Origin: Styela clava
Taxonomy: Eukaryota
Assembly (NCBI RefSeq): GCF_964204865.1
Contig: NC_135261.1
Span: 12,090,001 to 12,154,000 of the forward strand
Direction: 5' to 3'
Length of the DNA: 64,000 nucleotides
In this document: positions 14,101-26,887 of the stretch, one piece after another
How positions within the stretch are numbered: the stretch's first letter is position 1
How the letters are laid out: each line of letters opens with the position of its first letter
Notes under the pieces: generated by a model
Told to the model about the DNA's origin: nothing
The model's database searches: none
Seen by the model: only the letters and a program-made list of their open reading frames with translations
Program-made: the position numbers and the translations under genes

Positions 14101-17100
14101 AGAAAAAAAAAATAAAAATAAAGGAACAGCCTAAGATGAACAAAAACAATTGAGCAACCCCATACATAGGTCCAACATTCAGCAGCGCAGCGTTATATAT
14201 TGAAATTATTAAATTCGAATTCGAATTTTTTTGTGAAAATTAAATAAAGGTTCAGGTAGTGTCATCAGTTAAACTCGATTTTTCTATTATTACCACAGCG
14301 ATCGATAAAATGTGGACGATAGTTTGCTTAACGACAATCCTATTGATTTTCTGAAAAAGAAATACTTTAAAGTTTTACTATAATAGATTACAATCAAATT
14401 ATTCTACTATACTATACATTTTATAGCCTAAAATGGAAGTACGCTTTTCAATAAAATTGTCAAATTTTGTTCCCTTTTATCATTCGTTTAAAAAGTTAAA
14501 ATTGTTATGTCTTATTTGTTATATCTATCTATTTTATAAGAGCCGTTGAATGATCATATAGCATCGAACTAGTGAATGTTGCCCGAACTTTGACTCCAGT
14601 TACAATTATTCTCATGCTTGAACATTGAGAATTTGTTTATTTATATTTTGCTGGAGTTGACGCTTAATTAACTACTGGATATTTAAAAGGTACCGGTAGC
14701 TAACTTTAGAATAGTTTAACTCAGCTTTTCGGCACCGTTTTCTGAATCAACTAAAACTCTCCCAAAGACGATTTGACTGTGGAGTGGAATGATTAACACA
14801 TACATTTTTGACAAACAAGTAAAAACTGGAAAATGGATGTTTCCCGAGCCTCGATTCCCTTTTTTTTATTCGTAACAATTACAAATCAACAATAAGTTAT
14901 CAATGACATAGCAATTGAAATTTATGTCGCCGCTCAGACACTTCTTTGGCTCAGACAGGTAGTTTTGCGTGTTATTTTCAGTTTTTGGTTGTGTTTCCAA
15001 ATCCGTATAAACATTCATTTGAATGTTACCACCTCTCAACATTGAACTTTTATAGATGGACATGAAGTCGCATTGGATGTGACTTAAAAAATGTGAATGA
15101 GCGATTCAATTTAATTTACAAATTGATTTGTGTTCAATTTCAAACTTGATTGGAATATTCGAGCACAATGTTAGAATCGTGGTATTTGCTAAACGTTGTT
15201 TTTACTGCATTAAAATTTTCATACTTTCATAACTTTGGTTTCAATCAAATTCGGATTAAGCAATTTGCCAACGATAAATTGCGTTTCAGTTTTGACAATA
15301 TCTTCATGTTTTATCTTTGATGTATTGCCGTTAATGATGAACTTTCTAATAATTCTCGCGCCAATTTTTGACTTGATACCCATGAGACTATTGAATCGAT
15401 ATTTTATGACGTTTAAATGTCAAAATATAGAAAATAGCAATTTTATGGCATGAAATAGATTACTTTGCCGACAAGCATCGATATTTGCCACAAAATTTTT
15501 TTCGCTGTAAGAAATTGTACAAAATTCTCTGGTGTTACGATGTTATCATATTGATTGTATTTATCATTAAAATGTTGGGGGTTCAGCGTTTGGCGAACTA
15601 CAGCATTATCGCTGAAACGCGCCAAAAAGATTGATATCACATTAGAACAGGGATCACATTGTGTGAAGAGTTTACAGATAAAATTAATAGATTCATCCGT
15701 ACATAACGGATTTTAGTTCCAGCTTCATTTTTGATTCATGCAACCAAATATATCAACATCACATCACTAATAGTAGGAAATAAATTATAACAAACTCTTC
15801 TTGGAGGACGATATCTGGTCTCCAAACCGATTCAGCTGGCAGCCATAATTCTTCAAGTCCTTGATGATGTTCTGGTTCCCAACGAAGATAAATGTCTTGC
15901 CAATGCTGAAAGGATGCGTTGTAATTGTTAAATAATATGTAAATTTCATTTGAAAAATAAAACACATTTTAAACGCTTTTCTTACTACCGATGTAGACAC
16001 TGATAACAGAGGTTACATGAAGCTCAAATTTAATAACACTTCCCATTTACTCAAAAGTAATTCAGACTAATGCAATGCTTTTAGTTCCACTTCCCATTTA
16101 CTCAAAAGTAATTCAGACTAATGCAATGCTTTTAGTTGTATTCGCTGGATTTAATATCAACTCAGTGGTATATGTGAGGTATCTAAAACATTGATTTGCA
16201 GTGATTGGCGTATTATCATCTCACGGATGACAGAACGTTAGTCTGATTGCTATTTAAAACAAGTTTTTTGTGTACGGAGAGCTTTTGAATGAATACATTA
16301 AAAACGAACCTGTCTGTACCAGACTAGGCTGCTCAGAATCTGATTTTTTTCGTCCATGTCCAAAACTTGTCGATATATAACGTCAACTTCAACCTCGAGA
16401 ATGTCAGTATCATTACGTACAGGCCTCATTCCTTTGTCATACCCCGTCATTAAAAAGCGTTTCAAAGCATAAAGAGCTGTATTAGTCCCAGATAATTCGT
16501 GGACAGTATCTGTGTTTATCAAAAGAATAAATAAAGAATAAAGAAGCTGTTGAAAAAATTGGTATATTCACTTTCCAAGCGGTATTACGTGATATGTATC
16601 GCTCCGACTAATCTATTTCATATATTTATTATTATGCACAAAATAGTTGGAGGTCATGTAACTCAAAAATGATCACAAGATAATTTGTTAGTGATATACA
16701 AAACGCTGCATGTTTTTTACGGGCACCGACATCTAATTGCTGCTTGTGAAGATTTTATTTCAAATCCAGCGCATCCAATTACGAGAGCTGTCAAATACTA
16801 AAAAAAAATAGAAATCTATACATAGAAGTATTACTCGTAGTACAAAATAATATAACATCGCTTTGATGTAACTATGTCATAGTTACATTAAAAAAATTAC
16901 ATTCAAGAAAGGTTTATGGCGCCTACCGCAACTCATTCTTTTAAGCTCCGACGAAATGCAAACTGCAAAGATCCGTTTATTCAAAATCTTCTCATCGCTT
17001 AGCAATTAGGTCGGGGTGGTAATGTAAGTAAAACACCACTTATACCAAGTTCAAAAAGAGTATTGCTAGAATTTACTGTGTTGTCTAAATTTGATTCCTT

Positions 17101-17294
17101 CAATTATTCATACCTGGGTTCTTGTTTTTGTCGGATGTTCCTAAATTGTTGCTTTGCAGTTTCCCAAGTCCGGGGAGTGAACTTTTTGCGATTGATTTTC
17201 CTCCACTTGATCTTGACTTTGCACTGATTCTAATAGATCCTGTTTGAAATATTTTTATCGTAATTGTAATTAAATATAGGGAGACAATAAGCAT
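8154..17294 (-). CDS. Cation-selective Cys-loop (pentameric) ligand-gated ion channel subunit, 5-HT3-receptor-like, 10 exons, about 713 aa
   Basis: Exons in transcript order: 17114-17294, 16310-16509, 15796-15905, 13363-13518, 12311-12440, 10592-10716, 10018-10169, 9740-9937, 9135-9493, 8154-8684. Phases are consistent (2142 nt). Signal-peptide-like MLIVSLYLITITI; KGMRPVR; DEKNQILSSLVWYRQHW; WRPDIVLQE; Cys-loop CSMNTMHFPFDVQHC; FSSWTH; no vicinal CC in loop C; LPPDSGERVGLQITILL; M4 region EWKKIALMMDKFFL. Exon 1 is the least certain assignment. Confidence 0.9.
8790..9097 (+). mobile_element. Helentron/HINE-like non-autonomous element
   Basis: Subterminal inverted pair ACTTATCGAT (~8818) / ATCGATAAGT (~9085), a (GACA/AACA)n microsatellite at ~9028-9057, and a 3' imperfect hairpin TACTAACCGAT-TAAA-ATCGATAAGTA. 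No TSD seen. Confidence 0.55.
12531..12670 (+). mobile_element. Degenerate left end of the hAT MITE family seen at 35247
   Basis: GGATTCTCAAACTTTTAGTGTTGTCGAGCCC.. aligns by eye with GGGGTTCTCAAACTTTAGGTGTTGCGGAGCCC.. over about 140 bp. Confidence 0.55.
16037..16137. repeat. Perfect ~50-bp tandem duplication (intronic)
   Basis: CACTTCCCATTTACTCAAAAGTAATTCAGACTAATGCAATGCTTTTAGTT occurs twice with a period of 51. Confidence 0.95.
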
Positions 17295-20200
17295 GAAATA
17301 TTGATGTAGGTTCGTCTTTTTGTAAAACAAAAAGTCGTTACACTAGAACAATTTTAATAGGCATTTAGGACAACCATGGTCTTATAAGTAAAAAATAGTG
17401 ATTATTTAGAGTGGCAAAAGATGTAGCCCTAAATCTTTGAAAGTATATTAATTTTTGTCACAAAGTATATGGAAATTTTATTATATGATGCACTTAGTTA
17501 TGGGTAATTTGTTTTCATAATTCTTCAAGTGATACTGGATTGAGTTATTGAGTTAACCTCCATTCTGGTTTGAAATTTTGGATCTGAGGTTTTTCACAAC
17601 AAGACTTTTCAAATATCGTTTTTACTAAAGTTTCAGTAGGTTATTTGGGATGTGTTTTTTTTATAATCCTGGATCGGCCAAAGCATAAAGAAACAATTAT
17701 ATTTCAATTTTATTTCGCATTGAATATGTTTTTCTCAGAGGTAATATATTTCTTCATCTGACTAACAAGAAAATATTTGCTAGGTTGATGAATCCCAATC
17801 AAAGTATTTACTCTTACTACTAGAATTGAACCTCTGCATCAATTTGTATTGTTCTAATATTCCCATATTCTATTATTAATAAGTTTTTAATTTTATAATG
17901 AAGTTAACATTTGACACATGCAGACTATACAGCTTTTGTAGCTTCCTTCATTAATTTACTGCCAAATTTTAGTCAATTTGTACTGGTATTCGTGAACAGC
18001 GCTGATCGGTATTTTTACCGTTCCTACCCGCTTTGGTGCACTGCAATTCTCAAAATAATATACTCACCAGAAAGTATCAGAATAGTAAATATAAGAGCCT
18101 TGAATTTTCCTCTGCAAAATATTTTTCGATCTCGTACATTCTTGTCCATGTCGATTCATTATTAATAAACACACTTATTTTGTCAAAAATCAGAATATTA
18201 TTAAAATTATTAATATTAATAAAATGATCAATTTAAGAAATTAAGGCATTAGTATAAAATTAACATTACCGCTTTAGAAATTTTCTGAAATCATTTAATT
18301 AGCGCAAAGTCAAAAGACATTGACACGGAACTACTGCTAAAATTTTACAAAATGTCTTCTTTGCATGCTTTTTCTCGGAGATGCATCGACGATGAGCGCA
18401 GACTTCCATTACGGTGTAGTCATTTGACAAGTTATAAGCCCATTTCTCTGCAAACAAGGTGGTAACAACTTGAAAACGTTTATTTATTTAAGTTTTGTTT
18501 ATTAAATTTCGAGTATCGTTTTATTACGATGATATCAAACTGAAATAAATTCTTAAAGAGGGATCGGGAAAAAAAATAAAAAATTTTGTTGACCGACAGG
18601 AATTTCTAGTATCAGGCGGAATAAACATCCAAATATTTGTCAGAAATTCCTAATCTTGTAATTAATAAAAAAAACCTTCTTACCTCTACCTATCATTCAC
18701 ACACAATTGCGCCAGGACCAGGATTTCAACCTCTGCAGCATTATTTCATTGATCCTGCTCTTATACTGGACGTGGAAACCTTTTGGGATTTGATTCGACA
18801 AAATGCTATTTAAGAAAAATGTCTAAAATTTCGATCTATTCGTGACGCTTCTCGTTTAATGTGACTTATATTTTTGCAAAAAACGGTCTCAGATTAATTT
18901 AGATGAAACTAGTTTAAAATAATAATACAAAATTTGCTCAATCGAGTAAAAATCATGGGTTGCATAGCAATTGGCATAAACTTACACAGTTTTGTATCTT
19001 CAGATAAAGTGAGTGCTTGATTGGAATTTAATTTTAAAGAAGGAGCATGATTTTAAATTCATTTGTTATGAAAAGAATTATTTTTTACATTATGTGCTCT
19101 ATTTTTATATTGTACAGTGTGTTATATAAAACGGCATTCATCAAATTCCTGTTGGTATATTTTCACCGAGAATTATTTTTCAATGTATATTTGGTGGAAG
19201 TCATACATTTTTTGTTATTCTATAAATACTATTAGCAATAAAGAGTTTCGTTTCCGTGTTCTGTCTGATAGTTTATGTAGTCTGATAATCTGTGATGCTA
19301 ATTAGGTAGAGAAGATTTCTAGCCTTTAAATGATTGTGCCTTCCTGGTTGAAGATTTGCGTCGTAGGTAAAATAAACCCCTATTACGTCCTCCCAAAGTT
19401 CTTGCGTAGCGTTTAAATCCCATTACGATATAAAGTATGAACGCTACATGCTTTATATCTAAAGGGGTTTATCTTGTTTCCATAAACTGAATTATTTTGC
19501 AAAAATCGATAGCATTTGCCTGCATTAATGGATAATAATGCACCGTGAATATAATTTTTAGAAGAAATCTCGTGAGTCTCTTCTCTTTTCTATATATGTT
19601 TGATTTTTAGAGTTTTTTATTTTTAAATAGGTATGACGTATATCGATCGATTAGTGTAAGCTCTTGAAATTTGATTTACACTGTTAAACACATTGTAAAA
19701 TAGCAAGCATTTTACAAACAATCATCTTTCCTAATAACTGATTTACTTAAGGTTTTACCAAACATGGCACGAAGATGAATCATGGCTAACGACTATGAGA
19801 TAAACCATGTCAAATATATAGTTCAAGAAATATCTACTTTTATTTAGATGTTGTATATAATCTCTGCTAGGTTGGTCAAACATGTGAAAGTACCGAGTAA
19901 AACCACGTGCCATAAAAGAATATACGCTGTCTCAGGTTCCGCATTTTCAGCACCACCTTATTTGCTTTTGCGCGGTGGGTCCGTATGAAGATTGGATTGA
20001 ATCACTTCTGTGACATTTTTTAAGCGTTGTACCAAGATTTACAAAATCTTACAACGTTGCAATTAGTACCAACCAGAACCATTTTTCACTATTTCATGGT
20101 TACTTGTACCTCAGGTCGATGCTTGTGCCCTACTCACTTATAATTGCTGAATGATTAACATCTTGAAATAAGTGATTTCACCAAGAAAATGGCAGTTTTT

Positions 20201-21559
20201 GTGGGGGAGTGACGCATCAGAGGACTAGATATCCGGTCAGATGACGGAATTTTTATTATGTAATGAAGGTTTGTAATTTATCGATTTTAGCCTTTTTTCT
20301 TTTTATGATCGATATTAAATTTTTTTAGTTGTAAATACAATATGTATTAGTAGCCATTACGTGCCATACTTTTCTGCTGTGTAGGTCAAGTTTCTGATAA
20401 TGATGCCCCTATATCCTAATTCAAAAATACTTCGGGGGATAAACAAATTATGGATGTTGTTATACAGAGAATGAATGGTTTAAAAGTTTAGTAACAGAAA
20501 TGTTCAATGCTGATGAAAGATACAACTGCCCTAAATCGTGAAAAATATGAGGGATAACGCGACCTTTACGGCTTGGATATGCTGACCCCTACAGCGTTCT
20601 GCGTGGGTCGGCTTCCCCTATGGCCCTCCCCAAGACCCGATCCTGATTGTAAGCATGAGTTTACTTACTGTTGCATTTTTATTTACATAGATCACCTTTA
20701 CAATCTAATAAAAAACTCGCTTTTCAAAGCTACAAACTTCATCTCCATGCCAAAAATAGAACATTTTATTGATTGATTGTTCAAAAAGCCTTTTTGCTTT
20801 ACAATACGGTTTTGCGGGCATTTAGTGAATAATATGATTTGTGCTGAGAAATAACAGTAAATTTATTGCATTTTTACATTTGACAAATTATCATAATTAC
20901 AAAAATAGCAATTTCCTTTTTTGGGAAATGATCTGTCACTTTCAAGTGAAAACAGGGGCGTAAATCCTAAATAAGTGATTAATATTTCATAAGATGAGTG
21001 AAAGCGGCAAAGGTATCGAGAAAAATACAGATCATAGAGTAAATTCATCGATGGTTTCCCATTATTTTGTTGAATATTTATCATTGTTGACCCTAATTTG
21101 AAGGATTTTACAAGACAACGGGCTTTCTAGGGACTTTTGTGACGATTATGAGAAATTAAACGTTTAAGGTGAATACTCTGCTGATATGTTAACTCAAAAA
21201 CTGTTTTTTTTTTTGGAGATCTAATGACTTTGCCGAGGATCGTAACTCTTTTTTTATATATATATTTATCAATATATAAAACACAGTTGATCGGTACATC
21301 TACAACAATATTAATCACTCATATCAATAAATACACAATCATAATTCATCATATAAGATAATCAATTATTGTGGTTACATCTTAAAATTTTCCATTTTGG
21401 TATGCAATGTATAGTGACAATATTTCCTATTATTATATCAAACACAGTTGATCGGTAGGGTTACATCATTATTAACCATTAATCACAGGAGTTATGCATG
21501 TACAATCATATAAATACCATCATTTATGGTATCATTTATATATCTTAAAATTTTCAATT

Positions 21560-22830
21560 GTTGGTCATGTTTTATTATTTTGCCATTTTTATATGCATTG
21601 AACCGTTCAATTTCCCTCACTTCATACAGATATGAGGTAAAGACATTGAACAGTAGTTTCTTTTTCTGTATCTTCAACGATATAGATAAAACCGGGCAGC
21701 AAGAAGTATACAATTACACAATTTGTTATAAAAATTACAAACATATCCCAACATGCAATCTCTTTTGGAAAAGTTTAAATTAATTCTGTTTTTGAATATA
21801 TCCACATGTTCAGAAATTCTCAAAACTGTTGAACAACTATACAATCATAGAAAAAGTGACTAGTAGTTTCAACATTAGAATGACAGAAATCACATAACTC
21901 TGATGAAACAAGTTTAAATTTATACAATCTATCGTTTAGTGCTATGGCACCATGAAACATATTCACATAATAAGATTGCTATTTAGTACAATGAAAGATA
22001 TCCATATACAATTTATTCTAATTAAAATCACTCTTTAAAAAAATCAGATCTACCCATTTTTTTTGATTTATCATGGGATATAAATTTGATCAGGTTCAAC
22101 TTTTCAAAGATACTTTTATTTACTTTTCCTGATTCGAATGTTTCAGAAATAAAATGAGATACATTCTCTTCATGGTCACCTAATGCACTAAAATCAATAC
22201 AGTTTCCAATATTGTATAACCAATCAATCATCAGGGAAAAGTCCAGTGAGGCGATGATAATTTACATACTCTTCATCACTATATTGCATGCCATATTCTT
22301 ATGTCAACTTTCTATAAATAAACAATTTACCCACATTTGTTAAGTGTCTTACTGCTTTTATACTATGACCATACCAAGGCTTGGTAAAAAATTGTTTTCT
22401 GGAATAAGAAATACTTTTGTTGCACCATATAGGTTGATCAAAATTTGACATTTTCGTATCAAAAGGCGCATTTTTACAGAAATCCCAGTTTTAAAATACA
22501 TTTCGTATGGATGTCAAAAGCAAATACTCTACAACATATGAATTTGAGCTCAATTTTTCTTCAAGCATTGCTCGAAAACAGTATTGGTCAAGCACTTCCA
22601 TCTCAATCAATTTCCACATTAAGTGAACTTCCTCATTTAAGAGTGTTCCAGTGTATATCATTTTCTGGGCAACAACAACATTTTTATATCTATCATATTA
22701 ATACCTCTTTTTTCTTTGGTGCCGTCAAGGTATTTCGTTCGATCTGCTCCCAAGTTGAACCCCATACCCCCAACTATCGTAGCCATATCCCAAATAGTAC
22801 ACTCGGCAAATGTACTATAGTCATCTAACG
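21560..22830 (-). mobile_element. Degenerate 3' fragment of an L1/Tx1-clade non-LTR retrotransposon ORF2
   Basis: Minus-strand translation gives WEQIERNTLTAPKKK then, after a frameshift, GINMIDIK (post-RT 'PKxxGGl' motif). It also gives MFHGAIALNDRLYKFKLVSSELCDFCHSNVETTSHFFYDCIVVQQF* (zf-RVT CCHC knuckle). Many stops and frameshifts; boundaries are approximate. Confidence 0.75.
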
Positions 22831-22898
22831 GATGTAAAATATGTATTTGTGACAGATAAAAATTCTTAAAATATCAAAAATTCTCTTTACAAACATTT

Positions 22899-23717
22899 CG
22901 TCACGCTAATAACCGAATTGCGTAAGTCATTTTTAGCAGTTTTGAGAAAAACGTAAAAAACTTCCTAATGAAATTGCTATGCCATTGAGAATCAATAATT
23001 TGCCATAGTTCAATTTTTCGATCGTAGGCGGATTCAAGTTAATTTGTATGACGCAGTCAAGTGACGTCATAATGGCGCACTGTGACTTAGGCAGAAATGT
23101 GTCTATGACTAGGGGACATACGCAATTTTGCAACTTGACTATATGTACCAGTCCTGAAAACAAAACAATCCAAAAATGAATGTAATTCTTAGTATATACG
23201 ATCTCTAATCCCCAAAATAGCTAACCTGTTTCAATTACATTATTTTTTATGTTTAAAAATATATATTTCAAAAAAACACGCTCTGCACATCCACCGAAAT
23301 AAGACTAAAGTTAAATATAAAGAATAAAACAGCAATGTACCCTTATATAAAAGCCAACCAAGGTGAATTGGATTCAGACAGTGAATATCACAAGTGCACG
23401 CCTTCCTATACTGTAGTTTAAACTGAAATTTATAAGCGCTAAGCTAGAATCTGAGATGCAAAAACTCGAAAATCCTTCGCAGAGGCTATTTTGCCTTTGT
23501 GACGTCATAATAGTACCGCGTTAACAATGATAATTCATTATGACGAAACAATTAAACAAATTTGCGTATCATACAAAATCTTCATTTTTATGGGTTTCGG
23601 AATTCTTGAAATAAAATCTGAGTTAACAGACAGGTGCGCAGCATTACATAAATACCTATTTTATGAAAAACTCAAAACCGCCAAAATGACTTAGGCAATT
23701 CGGTTATTAGCGTGACG
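22899..23717. mobile_element. MITE with ~50-bp TIRs and 4-bp ATTT TSD (Sola1-like)
   Basis: CGTCACGCTAATAACCGAATTGCGTAAGTCATTTT.. / ..AAAATGACTTAGGCAATTCGGTTATTAGCGTGACG, with ATTT at 22895-22898 and 23718-23721. The Sola1 assignment is inferred from the AWWT target. Confidence 0.8.
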
Positions 23718-24422
23718 ATTTACGACTGTTACATTTTAGGAATAAGTTGATGTATTTGGGGTCACAACATTTCTGAGTAATGATTGCGAATATTTTTTTT
23801 TTTCTGATGAAACAAACACGCTGCATACGAGGTTTGTATTATTCCGGTTCATTGGTTAAGTTGCACTCTGTGACCAAATGCAGTTTTTTGTTACGCCTAC
23901 CTCGATAAATCTACTCTCTATGTTGATATGCTACACTGCCGATGGGTTATCCCACAGATATTATAAATACCAATATTTAGCAGATGTACACATTAGCAAT
24001 GTGATATCAAGATAAAGATGCCAAAATCCATTTTTATAATACGAAGCTTTATAGAGTAATAGTAATTGATTATTATATTTTGTAATACTGAGAAGGTGCA
24101 GCGTACAGTTCACAAACGTGTATTTATTGATATATTGTAGAAGCGCAAATGAGCGCGAATGGTCGACAAAATGAACAGATGTAATATTAAAAATAAATTG
24201 ATATTTAATATTGCCAAGTACTCAAAGAATCTGTCTGTGACAATCAGAGTGATTGAATTATTATTTTCAACTTTTTGCCACGCATTATCGAATTCAGCAG
24301 GCAGTCAATCTCGTATTTAAAACTTTTTTAGCATCTATCTTATTCTTTAAAGTTGCAGCTCCCAAATTGTCCAACAATTTTTAGTTAACCTCTATTATAT
24401 TTAGCAGAATATTCTGAAAACA

Positions 24423-26887
24423 ATGAATTTGAAAATCTTAATATTATTTGCTGTTATGAATTGGATAATAACTATATACGCTCATGGAGATTATGGTTCA
24501 ATTCTAGCGGAGCAATTGGATCACTATTGCAATTCACGGGAAGGATCTTCTTCCGGACAACCCCTAAGGGTTGGTAAAGCTGGCCCAAGAGGTTTACCAG
24601 GACCTCGTGGTTCGGTGAATTACACAGTTGTTGACGAAATGATCACAAGACGACTTAAAGGTTGTATTACGTTTGTATTTGTCAATTAAATTTCATATCA
24701 AATAATCTATTTTTGACATTTTTGTAATATCACTGCATTCAGTACTCTTTTCTTCAACCAATTGTGGAGTTCATTTTATTACTTTCTGTATGTACAGTGT
24801 AAACAGTGTGTTTTACCCGTGCTTTGCGATTTGATTTCGTCATGAAAGTCCCGGTCAATTTAATACCGAGCTACAGGCCAGATTGGAATTCGAACAAAAT
24901 ACCACGAGCGAATGAACCGCATCATTGATCATGCCTTCACTCAGGCCAGTTAAATGACACGACCCAAGGCATTTTCACGTGATCCAAATAAATTGAATAC
25001 GACATTTTTTTTTGCTTCATGTATCATGTTAACAGCGCATTCTAAAACAAGACGGACGAACTGCGTTCAAGTCACCAAAGATTCTGCTAAAATTAAAAAT
25101 GAAACTGGCGGAGTGTTTGATATTTATCCAGGAAAATCCGGGAGAAAGATGGAAGTTTATTGTGATCTGACTACCGATGGTGGGGGATGAACGGTAAGTA
25201 GTAAGAGATATCCCACGAGCAAGATTGAAAATTTTAGAAACTTAACAATTGCAAGAATTTAATGATAATGTCACATTGAAAACTAATAATGAGAAATATC
25301 AACTGTGATTCTAAACCTTTGCATTATTTTATTCAGGTTTTCCAGAGACGTATTGACGGAAGTCTTAATTTCAATAGAAACTGGGTAGATTATGTTGCTG
25401 GGTTTGGAAATCCTCAACATGAATTTTGGATGGGTAAGTTGATTTTGAAAAGTTCGAAAGCTAAACCAATCATATTTCATATATACCGGTATAAATATAT
25501 AATAAATGCGTAGGTTATTTGAGTTGATTCCTCTCATTTTTAATTGGATGGTGATATGAAAAAGTTACTTCAAATTGATATTTAAACCTGCAATGCTAAT
25601 TTATTATATATAACTGATTATTATATACATTCGATTAACCGTTTAGGTCTAGAGCAGTGCTCTTCAACCGGGTATACGGTATACCCAAGTGTATACCAGA
25701 CCATAAGTTGGGTATACAACTGATAAAGGGTATACGAAAGGTGTACAGCCTATAAAATATTCAATTGGATACAACAATGCAAACGCGGCGCACATGAAAT
25801 GTAAAATGTTATTAACGCTAAGAACCGACGTGAGCACGTTGTTACATCACAAATTATATAAATAATACGGGCATGTGTCGAACATTATTCCCGTCGACGC
25901 TAAGGCAGTCAGTCAAATTTATAACTTGCAGTCACTAGCCTATTAGATTGCATGATGATATTGCAGTACAATATGTGCTTAAAATTCATTGTTTATTTGA
26001 GCCTTAAATAAACATTGGTATTTGTAAGGTATACAAAGTTCTTGAAAAACTGTAAAAGGTATACTTCGATAAAAAGGTTGAAGAACACTGGTCTAGAGAA
26101 GCTACATCGTCTCACTACTCGAGGAAAATCAGAATTGCGAATCGATTTTGAAGACTGGAACGGAAGGAAGGGATATGCTTCATGTACGTAATATATATTG
26201 TCAACCATAGTTGAGTTATTTTAATCAACATAATTTAATCATTAAAGCAAATCCTAAAATTTCAGTGTTTTCATTTAATATGACAATTCTCAATGTCTCC
26301 TCAAACACCTGGAAATAATTTAAAGGCGAGGCAAAAATGAATAGCCAGAATATAAAAAAAAGTAATAATAATATTCAGTCAGCCAGTTTTGTGAGTACTT
26401 AGGAACATCTCATGCACTTAACCATTAGTTAAGAAATAATATAATTCGTTTTAATGTTCTTGTCTCCATTCGTATTGATATTATTGTATTATTGCTCACG
26501 TATAAAAATATTCGTTATCATTTATCAAAGCATAAAGCATTTACTTTCAGTATATTTTCTATTGGAGATGCGTCAACAAAATATCGACTCAACGTCGGAG
26601 GATATTCAGGCACGGCGGGAGACTCTCTTACTGCTCATACCAAGCAGAAGTTTTCCACCCCGGATCAGGATAACGATCCTCATTCATTAAATTGCGCCAG
26701 AAATCACAACAGTGCGTGGTGGTACAAGAACGGCTGCCATGTTTCCAATCTTAATGGGCAATACGTGAAATTTGTTGGCAAGTACGCTACTAGCGGTAAA
26801 GCATATGGAATCGAATGGTTCAGCTGGAATAATGCTTATTGCTATTCAATGAAATTCGTTGAAATGAAACTCCGACCATCATATTAA
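24423..26887 (+). pseudogene. Ficolin-like gene copy 1 (signal peptide, 5 Gly-X-Y triplets, fibrinogen domain), disrupted
   Basis: Exons 24423-24660, 25036-25193, 25337-25433, 25647-26187 (split by a MITE) and 26551-26887. In-frame TGA at 25188-25190 where the paralog has TGG (GGGWT). A 436-bp MITE sits 8 nt into exon 4. Confidence 0.88.
25655..26090. mobile_element. hAT (Charlie-like) MITE inserted in ficolin-1 exon 4
   Basis: TIR CAGTGCTCTTCAACC / GGTTGAAGAACACTG, with a perfect TSD GTCTAGAG at 25647-25654 and 26091-26098. The paralog shows the empty site GTCTAGAAAAG at 31036. Confidence 0.93.

Noticed and set aside
16510-16546. Hydrophobic LLYSLFILLINT read as the receptor's signal peptide
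   Set aside because: It is the polypyrimidine tract of the acceptor at 16510-16511. The phase-1 join to exon 17114-17294 supplies an ATG and a signal-like sequence.
20505-20670. Hammerhead-like CTGATGA..GAAA and the adjacent GC-rich patch
   Set aside because: The required stems could not be formed by eye. It is probably an unclassified repeat fragment.
25188-25190. In-frame TGA read as selenocysteine or as Trp under an alternative code
   Set aside because: The position is a conserved Trp (TGG in the paralog), TGA is used as a true stop in neighbouring genes, no SECIS was recognised, and the gene has a second lesion.
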